Assembly (NCBI GenBank): GCA_963786105.1
Contig: CAWAXX010000013.1
Location: forward strand, 64,001 to 128,000
DNA from: Vulcanimicrobiota bacterium
GTDB taxonomy: Bacteria; Vulcanimicrobiota; Vulcanimicrobiia; Vulcanimicrobiales; Vulcanimicrobiaceae
Length of the DNA stretch: 64,000 nt
Reading direction: 5' to 3'
Each line of letters begins with the position of its first letter. Positions within the stretch are counted from its first letter, which is position 1. A model generated the notes under the pieces. The model was not told where the DNA came from and did not search any database. It saw nothing but the letters and a program-made list of their open reading frames with translations. Positions 10,273-18,800 of the stretch are shown in pieces. The position numbers and the translations under genes are program-made.

Positions 10273-10838
10273 ACCAACGTCTGCTCGGGATTCTCTCGGT
10301 GGCGATCGTCGCGATCATAGCCATCGCGGCCATCGCGTGGTACGCGATAGGGCCGTCGCATCGTTTGGCGTCGGCCGCGCAGGCGCCGATCGTGAGTAGA
10401 GCCCTGGTCGGCCAGCCCGCTCCTGAATTCGCCGTCGCAACGACGGCCGGACTCTTCGAGCTGAAGAAGACGACCAAGCCGGTCTTCCTGGAGGTCTTTG
10501 CTACCTGGTGCCCACACTGCCAGCGTGAAACCGCTGTGATCGACCGCCTTTATCGTGCGTACAAATCGCGTGTCGATTTCGTCGGCGTGTCGGGCAGCGA
10601 CACCGGGATGGATAACACGTCGCCGGCGTCCCAACTCGACCTGCTCAACTGGGTGCAGCGATTTAACGTGCAGTACCCAGTCGCGTACGACGCTTCGCTG
10701 AACGTCGCAAACAGTTACCTGCAAGGCGGGTTCCCGACGATCGCGATCATCGGTCGAGACAAGAACGTCGCCTACATCAACTCCGGCGAACTCTCGTACG
10801 GCGAGCTCGCCTCAGCCATCCAGAAAACGCTGCGCTAG
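10269..10838 (+). CDS. TlpA-like thiol-disulfide oxidoreductase
   Basis: N-terminal TM, GQPAPEF, FATWCPHC, GFPT cis-Pro motif; ATGA overlap with upstream gene. Confidence 0.9.
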   Translation: MNQRLLGILSVAIVAIIAIAAIAWYAIGPSHRLASAAQAPIVSRALVGQPAPEFAVATTAGLFELKKTTKPVFLEVFATWCPHCQRETAVIDRLYRAYKSRVDFVGVSGSDTGMDNTSPASQLDLLNWVQRFNVQYPVAYDASLNVANSYLQGGFPTIAIIGRDKNVAYINSGELSYGELASAIQKTLR

Positions 10839-10893
10839 TAGATCGGGAAAACAATACCGGACGAAGACCGCTCGGTGCCGTTTTCCCGATCTA
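10839..10893. repeat. Inverted repeat between convergent genes (possible terminator)
   Basis: Perfect 14-bp arms TAGATCGGGAAAAC / GTTTTCCCGATCTA. Confidence 0.7.
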
Positions 10894-10912
10894 TTGCGCC
10901 CGAGGGGTGACG

Positions 10913-11650
10913 TTAATCTGCGGGCGGGAAAGCGTAGTTGGGAGGCGGGACCACGGGCGCTCCGACCTCTAAGGTGATTTGCTGGTGCGACAAGAGCGGA
11001 ATGGCCTTGAGGTCGCCATCGTATTTCGCGCCGTTGACGTACGCGGTGACCGGTCCGGTGAAGCCGGCGACGCCCTGAGGACCGAGCGGTTCACCCCAAA
11101 CATCGAAGAGCATGCCGAGCGTGTAGTGTCCGCCGCCGGGTGCTTGGACCTCGGGCGCTTCCACGTGGATGATGCCGCTGGTATCGTGGGTATGAATCCA
11201 GTAGAGACAGCCGCCGCCGGGAAGGGACGGACTCGCGGTGAAGCCGATCAAACGCGGAACTTGAATTTGCCGGCCATTCGCGAACAGGGCCAAGTGCGAA
11301 TGAATGTGAAGGCCTTGGCCCTCCATGGACGCACAGCCGATTCCGTCGACGGGCTGCCCGGTGCCGCCGGCGGACGTGTTGGCTGGTTTGAAGTGCGGCA
11401 CGCCTATTGCGCCGCCGTCGGCGAGCGCTACCGGTTTCGTGCTTGCGTTCGGTCCCGGCGAAGGCGTGGCGTACGCGGCTTTCAGGGCGAGGTTTTGTTG
11501 CAAGCGCATTCCGCCGAAGATGGCGATCACCAGAAGAATCAGTATCGCAACGCCGATATAAATGGGCATCATTGGGTCGCGGTGGGGCGGCGGTGCGGCA
11601 CCGCCGCGCGAATGACGCCGGCGCTCGGCGCGAGATTGTTGAGACGACAT
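10913..11650 (-). CDS. Membrane-anchored hypothetical protein with His motifs
   Basis: One TM; motifs HIHSHL, GCLYWIHTHDTSGIIHVE, TLGMLFDVWG. Confidence 0.75.
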   Translation of the reverse strand: MSSQQSRAERRRHSRGGAAPPPHRDPMMPIYIGVAILILLVIAIFGGMRLQQNLALKAAYATPSPGPNASTKPVALADGGAIGVPHFKPANTSAGGTGQPVDGIGCASMEGQGLHIHSHLALFANGRQIQVPRLIGFTASPSLPGGGCLYWIHTHDTSGIIHVEAPEVQAPGGGHYTLGMLFDVWGEPLGPQGVAGFTGPVTAYVNGAKYDGDLKAIPLLSHQQITLEVGAPVVPPPNYAFPPAD

Positions 11651-11662
11651 CGAACCTCTTTA

Positions 11663-12700
11663 TTATGAAGGCGGAGCGTTGACGAGAGGGGTGACTGAAA
11701 TCGAAGCATCGGCCGGATCGAGGGAACGGCCCGGTACCAAGTAGTTGGTTACGTAGTCCGCGACGGCGTCGCCGAGCGGGGTAAGCGGCGCCTCGTACCC
11801 GGTCGCGCGCGTGCGATCGGTGCGCGCGCAGGTCGAGTACTGGTACTTTCCGCGCAACCGTTCGGGCATGTCGACGAACTCGATTCGCTCGGGAAGGCCG
11901 AGCGCACGGAAGATCGGGCGTACGAGATCGAGCCACGTTTGGGCACGGCCGGCGCCGACGTTGAACAAACCGGTTGCGCCCGACTCGGCCAGGTGCAGCG
12001 TCATGTCGGCGGCGTCCTTGACGTAGATGAAGTCGCGCCGTTGTTCGCCGTCGCGAAAGTCGGGTCGGTAGCTCTTAAAGAGCTTCACGCTCCCGGAATC
12101 CCGAATCTGTTCGTACGCCTTGCTCACGACGCTTCGCATGTCGCCCTTGTGATCTTCGTTAGGACCGAAGACGTTGAAGTATTTCACGCCGCAGATGCTG
12201 CGGTCGAGCTCAGCGCGCGCCGCGTAGAGATCGAAGAGATGCTTCGAGTAGGCATACATGTTGAGCGGGCGCAGCGTGCTCAGATCGGCTTCGTCGGAGA
12301 GATCGTCTTCGAGCCCACCGTAGGTTGCCGCCGACGAGGCATAGACCAACCGCTCGGCGTTCTCGTCGGCCCAGTGTGCAAGGTTCTTCGTGTACTGGTA
12401 GTTGTTGCGCATCAAATAGTCGCTGTCGTCTTCGGTCGTCGACGAGCAGGCGCCCAGATGAAAGACGGTCCCGATTCCACCGAAGTCGTCACCGCCCGAC
12501 GCGCGCCGCTCGAACTCGTCGGCGTCGAGGTAGTCGGCGAAGCGCAACGGGACCAGATGCCGCCATTTCTCCGATCGGTCCAATCGATCGACGATCAAGA
12601 TGTCGTCGATCCCGCGGCGGTTCAACGCCCAAACGACGGCGCTACCAATAAGGCCGGCGCCGCCGGTGACGATAATCGTGCCGCGGTCGAGATCGAACAT
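11663..12700 (-). CDS. hldD: ADP-L-glycero-D-manno-heptose 6-epimerase
   Basis: IIVTGGAGLIGS, HLGACSSTTE, YASSAATYG, PLNMYAYSK, KYFNVFGPNEDHKGDMRS, RDFIYVKD, KYQ. Confidence 0.95.
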   Translation of the reverse strand: MFDLDRGTIIVTGGAGLIGSAVVWALNRRGIDDILIVDRLDRSEKWRHLVPLRFADYLDADEFERRASGGDDFGGIGTVFHLGACSSTTEDDSDYLMRNNYQYTKNLAHWADENAERLVYASSAATYGGLEDDLSDEADLSTLRPLNMYAYSKHLFDLYAARAELDRSICGVKYFNVFGPNEDHKGDMRSVVSKAYEQIRDSGSVKLFKSYRPDFRDGEQRRDFIYVKDAADMTLHLAESGATGLFNVGAGRAQTWLDLVRPIFRALGLPERIEFVDMPERLRGKYQYSTCARTDRTRATGYEAPLTPLGDAVADYVTNYLVPGRSLDPADASISVTPLVNAPPS

Positions 12701-12759
12701 GCTGCGAGCCCCTAAATCCCCCGGTTGTGGGCGGGAGTCCTGGGAGGAAGGAGAGTCTG

Positions 12760-12796
12760 CATGATTTGCAAACTAGTCGCAAATCATGATTTGCAA
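12760..12796. promoter_or_regulatory. Putative operator: 16-bp palindrome plus 12-bp direct repeat
   Basis: GCAAATCATGATTTGC (12779-12794) is a perfect palindrome; CATGATTTGCAA occurs at 12760 and 12785. Confidence 0.6.
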
Positions 12797-15137
12797 GAGA
12801 TTCGCAATTTCGTCTGCCCTCTGTCTGGCTCTGGCGATAACGAGCGGCGTGCCCGGGGCAGCGGCCGGCACGGCCACCATTTCGGGAAAGGTAGTCGACG
12901 GAGTTGGAAAGCCTGTTCCGGGGGCCCAGGTGGAGCTGTCGGGGAGCGGCGTGCGGCTCTCCCTGCGCAGCGATGGGGGTGGCGCGTTCAGCTTTTCCGG
13001 CCTGGTGCCCGGAAGCTATCGGCTCACGGCCACATCGGGGAAGCGCGAGGGTGCGGCCGCCATCGACCTCGCCGGAAGCGGCATTTCGGTGACGGTGGAA
13101 TTGCTGTCGACGGTCGGCCACGTGACCTCGACGGGGTCGGCACCCCCGATCAAGGGCTCGGGCACCGACGTGACCGTGAACCAAACACTTCTCGACCGCA
13201 TGCCATACCAGGGCTCGCTGCCGCAGACGCTTCTACAGCTACCGGCCGCGGCGCGCGGGGCCAACGGCGTCGTGCACATCAACGGCGACCATGGGGACAT
13301 CAACTACTACGTGGACGGCGTGCAGGTTCCGCAAGAGCTCAACCGCGAGGTCGGCAGCGAGATCGACCCCAACGATATCGCGTTTATGGATGTAATGGAA
13401 GGCGCGTTTCCCGCGCAGTACGGCGGTCGCTTCGCGGCCGTCATCAACATCAACACGCGCATCAATAACGGCGCGGCCGGAGCGTCGGGTTACGCCGAAG
13501 GCGGTTCATACGCGACGTACGCGTCGTACCTCAACTTGCATTCGCCGGCCGGCAAGGGCCAACTCTCGCTAGCACTGGCGGCGTCGCAAGGCGATCGCTT
13601 TCTCGATCCTCCGAACTTTACCGCCGTTCACGACGCGGGCGCGCAAACCAACGCGCTCCTACGCTACGCGGTGCCGTTCGGCAACGACTTCGCGAACGTC
13701 ACCTTCATTCACTCGTACCAATCGTTTCAGATTCCCAACGACGTCGCGGGCGGCGAGCCGGCGTCGACCGACGACAACGAGACGCAGGACGACTCGTTTC
13801 TAACAGCGCAAATTCGTCACGCCCTGGCTTCCGGCGGCGCGTTCACGTATGGCGTCGGTTTCAAGCAGTCGCGCATCCGCGACTTTGGCGACCTGCAAAA
13901 CGACTTCATCTACGGTTACAATCTGAACGCCGCAGGTGGTGGAACGTCGGCCGATTGTGCGAATGGCATCGTCGCCGCGTGTGCGTATTCCCTCAACGCC
14001 GATCGCACCGCGCGCGACGCGATCGTTAACGTCGATGACGTGCTCGACGACGGAAAGCATTCGATTCGCTACGGCGCTTCTTACGATGTAACGACGGTCG
14101 AGAAGAACTATGCGGTCACGCTGCAGCCGGGAAATTTTCTCGCGCCGATTCTTACGCCGAAGACTCCGAACGCCGCGTATGCGGTGGTCGACAACGCTCC
14201 CAACACCGGTCATACGGCGAGCGTCTACCTTCAAGACTCATGGGCGATGTCGCCGATCTGGCTGCTCGACTTGGGCATTCGCCAAGACGTCTTTACGATA
14301 TTCTCGACGCAGTTCCGGGAAGGCTTCGCGCAGACGAGCCCGCGCGCGACATTGACGCGGCTGTACGGCCAGCGAGCGAGCGCGTATATTTACTTCGGGC
14401 GTTTTTTCACGCCGTTTTCGCTTGAGAACGTCTCGCCGAGCGCCGCCCATCTGCTCGATCTTCCGAATCAACCGGCCCCGGCGCAGTTCGATCTGCGGCC
14501 GCAGCGCGACAGCGTGTTTGAGATCGGCGGCCATCTGCCGATTGGGCGCGGCTCGCTCGGACTGCGCGTCATGCAAAAAGATGCCGTCGATTTGATCGAC
14601 GACACCCAACTCGGGGTGACCGCACTGCACCAAGACATCAACTATGCCGCCGGCAACGTCTCGGTGCAGAGCGCCTACTACCAGCTTCCGTTGGCGGCCG
14701 GCGGACGCGCGTACGTGTCACTCACGCATGCCCGCTCGGTAAACGCCGGCTGTGAAACCCAGTTGCTGGCGCCGTGTTTCGGGGCACCGGCCGGCTGGAC
14801 GCCCGCCGATCACGACCAAAACTGGGACGCGACCGGCGGCATGTTGAGCAACGACCGGCACGGCGGCTGGCTGGCCGTCGACGGCGAGTACGGCTCCGGC
14901 CTTTCTTCAGCCTATTGCCTGCCGGTCAGCGACGACTGCAAGGTGCCGCCTCACCTGACGTTCGACGTCGTCAAGGGCATCGGACTGCCCGGACGCACGG
15001 CCCTGACGATCGGCATCTACAACATCATCAACGACCGGTATCGCATCACGTACCAAAACGCCCAAGGCGATCACTACGCGGCCGGGCGCACGTTCGAAAT
15101 CGGTTGGCGCTTCGCGACGGCTAAAACGGAGCCGTAA
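12786..15137 (+). CDS. TonB-dependent receptor
   Basis: Signal peptide, ISGKVVD N-domain, plug HINGDH..YYVDGV, GAFPAQYG, YLQDSW, LGIRQD, C-terminal GRTFEIGWRF. Confidence 0.9.
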   Translation: MICKRFAISSALCLALAITSGVPGAAAGTATISGKVVDGVGKPVPGAQVELSGSGVRLSLRSDGGGAFSFSGLVPGSYRLTATSGKREGAAAIDLAGSGISVTVELLSTVGHVTSTGSAPPIKGSGTDVTVNQTLLDRMPYQGSLPQTLLQLPAAARGANGVVHINGDHGDINYYVDGVQVPQELNREVGSEIDPNDIAFMDVMEGAFPAQYGGRFAAVININTRINNGAAGASGYAEGGSYATYASYLNLHSPAGKGQLSLALAASQGDRFLDPPNFTAVHDAGAQTNALLRYAVPFGNDFANVTFIHSYQSFQIPNDVAGGEPASTDDNETQDDSFLTAQIRHALASGGAFTYGVGFKQSRIRDFGDLQNDFIYGYNLNAAGGGTSADCANGIVAACAYSLNADRTARDAIVNVDDVLDDGKHSIRYGASYDVTTVEKNYAVTLQPGNFLAPILTPKTPNAAYAVVDNAPNTGHTASVYLQDSWAMSPIWLLDLGIRQDVFTIFSTQFREGFAQTSPRATLTRLYGQRASAYIYFGRFFTPFSLENVSPSAAHLLDLPNQPAPAQFDLRPQRDSVFEIGGHLPIGRGSLGLRVMQKDAVDLIDDTQLGVTALHQDINYAAGNVSVQSAYYQLPLAAGGRAYVSLTHARSVNAGCETQLLAPCFGAPAGWTPADHDQNWDATGGMLSNDRHGGWLAVDGEYGSGLSSAYCLPVSDDCKVPPHLTFDVVKGIGLPGRTALTIGIYNIINDRYRITYQNAQGDHYAAGRTFEIGWRFATAKTEP

Positions 15138-17553
15138 GGCGGACCAACACATTGGCGCCGTTCGCGATCTGCGTCGTGTTGAAGCCGTTGGCGACCTTGA
15201 TAGGATATTGGTGGTTTAAGACGTTGGTAACGATGAGCGATACTCCGAGCCCATGGTCTTGCCCGGCTCGGCCGGGCGTGAGGTAGCGGCCCGCCGCGAT
15301 ATCGAACGTCGTGTGGGCCGGCAGGCGTCCGCTCAAGTTGGCGTTGGCGCTTTCGAACGCGACCGGAAACCCGCTACCGTAATTCCCTTGCAGGGTCGCG
15401 TACCATTGGCGAGCGTTACCGAAACGCCAGGTGTACCCCGCCGTCGAAACGACCGTTTCGTCGTGGTCCTCCGGTGCCAGTTGCGAAACGCAGGATTGAT
15501 TGGGCGGATTGACGTCGGGCGGGAAGAGAAACGTCGAACCCGAGACGCAGGCGGCGTACGACCCCGAGATCGTTCCGGTGAAGAACCAGCTATTGCCGTT
15601 CGGAAAGCGGTCGGTCAGGCGCACCTCGAGCCCGTTATCCAGGCCGATCGCGTTGTTGAAGACCGCAAAGAGCGGCGTGTTCAGCAACTGGGTCGTGTCG
15701 AGAATGTTTGCGGCGGTCTTGCGGAAGACGTTGACCGACCCGTCGAAATTCGGATTGAACGAATGGGCAACGCCGATCTCGAAGTACGAGTCGCTTTCGG
15801 GTTTTAAATTGTAGACGGGAGTCGTTGGGCAACCCGACAGCACGACGCAATCCGCGCGTACGTCCTCGAGTAGGGGCGCCGCATAGAAGCGGCCGTAATA
15901 CGCATGGACGGTGTTCTTGCCTCCGTCCCAGACGTTGATGCCGATTCGCGGGCTCCATTGCCAGCCCGACGTATAGCCGGTCGAGTGATCGTAGCGGATG
16001 CCGTAGTTGAGCTGAATTCGATCCGAGATCTGCCACTTGTCTTGAGCGTAGATGCCGACTTGCGAACCAGCCTGCGTCTGTTGCGGCGAAGCGACGAGAT
16101 AATACGGCTGTTCGTGCACGCCCGAGGCCGCGCAGCCGGGGTAGTAACAGCCGAAGGCCTGGTTAGCGAGCAAGTTCTCCCGATTGACGTCGAGGCCAAC
16201 CTTCCACGCGTGATTCTTCGTCGCACGAAAATCCGACATCCGTAAGCCGACGTAGCTGGCATACGTATTCGAGAGAAGCCCAACGTTATTGGTTGCGGCC
16301 GAGCCGTCGTCGGCGTGCGGGCAGCTCGCACAGACGAGACCGGAACCGAACGACGGCGTCAGGCCCAATACGTCGTTCGGGAGGTCGCCGTCGTAGTTGA
16401 TGCGCGTAGACCGCCACCAAGGAACGACTTGGAACACACCGTTGCCGTCGCGCGAGGTCTGGGAGTAGTTGAGGTTGGAGAACCGGTCGTACTCGCGTTG
16501 CACGTCGTCGGTTCCGGGCGGCGTGAAGATTGGATCGTACGGATTGTTCGGATCGGTATTGATCGGTATTTGAAACTGCGCGAGCTGATTGGAATAGTCG
16601 AACGAGAGGGTCGAAAGCGGGGTCAACTGCGTCATAAAGCGCAAGAACTCGTTGCTCTGAGAGGCGTTGTCGTGAATGGCGTCAAACGTTGGTGCGTCCA
16701 AACCGCGGACGGTGCTTTGCGTGTTCGCGTTGAGAAACATCTCGCTCGAGCCGAAGCGGGCGGCGCTCTCGAAGCTGCCGATATTCTGCGACTGGTTTCC
16801 CAAGCCGCCGGTAATCGTCGCGTAGAACCCCTCGGGAAGATCGGTCGGACGGTTCGTGATGATGTTGACGACGCCGCCCATGCGGTCGCCGCCGTACTCC
16901 GCGGGAATGGCTCCACTGAGCAGCTCGAGCGAGTTGATGTTTTTCGGATCGACGATTTCGGCGAAGTTCGAGGTGGTGGCCAGCGGCAGCGGCGCGCCGT
17001 CGATGTTGTACATCACGCCGTGAAAGCCGTTGACGACGGGTTCGTTATACGAGAACGGGACGACTCCGGGAAGCGTTCCGATCAGTTTGTCGAGGCTGTT
17101 TTGTACCGGCGAGGTCTGAATGGCCGAACGGGTCAGCTGATTGACCGATGCGGGGTTTGCCGAAACGCCGACGCCGCGGGCGGTAACCGTCGTCTGCGCG
17201 ATTTGACGGAGTTGCGTCGAGAGCGGAACGTCGACCGTGGCCAAGCTGTCGCTGGAAATCGTGACCAACACTTGAAGTTCGTGCGCTCCGGCTGCGCGCG
17301 CGACGATCCGGTACGAACCAAACGGCACTTGCGCGAACACGTATCCGCCTTTCGCGTCCGTAGTGGTGGTGAAGCGCGAGCCTTCGCCTTCCAGGATTAC
17401 GCTCGCGCCGGGAGCCGGCTTTCCGTCGAGGGTGACGGTGCCGCGAACCAGACCGGTCGTTGCGGCGGATGCCTCAACCACCATGGTGATAAACGCGAGA
17501 GCCAGGACGAATGCGAAGAAAATGGCGCGGTGCGCCGAGGAAAATCGGGACAT
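15121..17553 (-). CDS. TonB-dependent receptor (paralog of 12786-15137)
   Basis: Signal peptide, plug YNIDGAP, GAIPAEYG, YAQDKW, YGIRYD, SPRIG, C-terminal Phe. Confidence 0.9.
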   Translation of the reverse strand: MSRFSSAHRAIFFAFVLALAFITMVVEASAATTGLVRGTVTLDGKPAPGASVILEGEGSRFTTTTDAKGGYVFAQVPFGSYRIVARAAGAHELQVLVTISSDSLATVDVPLSTQLRQIAQTTVTARGVGVSANPASVNQLTRSAIQTSPVQNSLDKLIGTLPGVVPFSYNEPVVNGFHGVMYNIDGAPLPLATTSNFAEIVDPKNINSLELLSGAIPAEYGGDRMGGVVNIITNRPTDLPEGFYATITGGLGNQSQNIGSFESAARFGSSEMFLNANTQSTVRGLDAPTFDAIHDNASQSNEFLRFMTQLTPLSTLSFDYSNQLAQFQIPINTDPNNPYDPIFTPPGTDDVQREYDRFSNLNYSQTSRDGNGVFQVVPWWRSTRINYDGDLPNDVLGLTPSFGSGLVCASCPHADDGSAATNNVGLLSNTYASYVGLRMSDFRATKNHAWKVGLDVNRENLLANQAFGCYYPGCAASGVHEQPYYLVASPQQTQAGSQVGIYAQDKWQISDRIQLNYGIRYDHSTGYTSGWQWSPRIGINVWDGGKNTVHAYYGRFYAAPLLEDVRADCVVLSGCPTTPVYNLKPESDSYFEIGVAHSFNPNFDGSVNVFRKTAANILDTTQLLNTPLFAVFNNAIGLDNGLEVRLTDRFPNGNSWFFTGTISGSYAACVSGSTFLFPPDVNPPNQSCVSQLAPEDHDETVVSTAGYTWRFGNARQWYATLQGNYGSGFPVAFESANANLSGRLPAHTTFDIAAGRYLTPGRAGQDHGLGVSLIVTNVLNHQYPIKVANGFNTTQIANGANVLVRLTAPF

Positions 17554-17556
17554 GGA

Positions 17557-17636
17557 TCCTTCTCCGATCTAGGGGGAGCTAGTGCGAACGAAGCGGGTCG
17601 CGCGTTTACGCGCGGACGTTCGCGATCGGAGGAGGA
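17557..17636 (-). promoter_or_regulatory. SD-sequestering mRNA hairpin between leader ORF and TonB receptor
   Basis: UCCUCCUCCGAUC (17636-17624) pairs 12/13 with GAUCGGAGAAGGA (17569-17557); two nested inner stems. Confidence 0.75.
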
Positions 17637-18157
17637 CGGGCGAAGCGGCGTCCCAGCAGTGGCGAGCGCCGGTTCATCGGGACGGGCTGAAGGTGGTGGA
17701 CCCATAGCAGCGGGCGCTCGGCAAAAGGCGAGCGCGAAGCAGTGATAACGGCGCCGGCCAGCCGCCGGACGAGCCAGCGGCCGATGGCCAGGACCGCCGC
17801 CGCGGCGAGCACGACGACGGCAACGGTTGCGAGGAGGCCGGCGTCTGCGTGCCGGCTCTCGATGCGCTCGCCGATCGCGAACCACGCTCCCGTCGACGCG
17901 ACCAGCGATGGGAGGCCGGGCAGGCGAGTAGCTAGCCGGGCGGAGAGCACGCTCCCGTCGGCAGCCCGACGCGATCCCGACCAGGCCAAGGCCGCGAGCA
18001 CGAGGGCGAAGCCGCCGCAACCCGCGCCGGCCAGTTGGACCAAGACGTCGTGGTAGGCGCCGCCCATTTCATGCCCCCCGCCAAAAAGTGCGGTGTGGGC
18101 GATTAAGGAGGCAAGCAAGCCAAGGGTAAGGGCGCCCGGAATCTCCCGAAGGGTCAC
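17606..18157 (-). CDS. Membrane leader protein with His/Met motif and C-terminal RPPP (putative arrest peptide)
   Basis: 3' part of long ORF 17606-19732; GTG start at 18157 (inferred), about 4 hydrophobic segments, AHTALFGGGHEMGGAYH, tail RRFARPPPIANVRA. Confidence 0.75.
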   Translation of the reverse strand: MTLREIPGALTLGLLASLIAHTALFGGGHEMGGAYHDVLVQLAGAGCGGFALVLAALAWSGSRRAADGSVLSARLATRLPGLPSLVASTGAWFAIGERIESRHADAGLLATVAVVVLAAAAVLAIGRWLVRRLAGAVITASRSPFAERPLLWVHHLQPVPMNRRSPLLGRRFARPPPIANVRA

Positions 18158-18263
18158 CGCGGTTCTTTCTAGGGAGGGATGCGGGGAGGCCTGGGGACTT
18201 CGTCGTACTGTCGTGGCCCCCGCCCTCGCCGCTACTGAACTCGGTGGAAATGGGAGTCTGGAT

Positions 18264-18800
18264 ATGGTTGAAAACGCGGATACCGTGAGCTTGGTTTGCG
18301 CACTGCTCGTGCGCTTTCCGGAGCTCGCTTCAATTCGCTCGTTCCCAGGCGACCGCACCGCGCGGCTCACGTTTGCGCTGCGCCGGCGTCTCGACCGTTC
18401 CGCACAGTCGGCGCTGGCCGAAGCGATCGAGGAGCACATTCGCAGCTTTCTCAGCCTTGCCAAGGACGACGCGCAGACCCTGCGGCTGGAATGCGAGGGC
18501 GACCGGTCGATGACGTTCGTCCACATCACGCGCGACCTGGAGACCTTCACGAAGGAAGAGTTGGAGCTGCACGTCGGGTTCTTCGGCGAGCGTTTCGGCG
18601 ACGCACTCGTTCGCAACCCGATGCCCGACGACCACGCCGATACCGACCCGGCAGCCCAGGACGAAGCGGCGCTGTACGCCGTCGAAGCCTTGCGCGACCC
18701 CGCGCAGTCCAAGAGTCTGGTCGGCTTTCGAGAAGAGAAGCGCGTGCTCGTGTACTTCTTGAAGTCGCAGAAGAAAGCCAAGGCGTCGGCTCGCCGATAG
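18264..18800 (+). CDS. Hypothetical protein, first gene of ymdB operon
   Basis: Normal codon usage, ATG 18264, stop abuts ymdB. Confidence 0.75.
   Translation: MVENADTVSLVCALLVRFPELASIRSFPGDRTARLTFALRRRLDRSAQSALAEAIEEHIRSFLSLAKDDAQTLRLECEGDRSMTFVHITRDLETFTKEELELHVGFFGERFGDALVRNPMPDDHADTDPAAQDEAALYAVEALRDPAQSKSLVGFREEKRVLVYFLKSQKKAKASARR

Noticed and set aside
16315..16332. Heme c attachment motif in TonB receptor
   Set aside because: Sequence is CASCPH, not CxxCH
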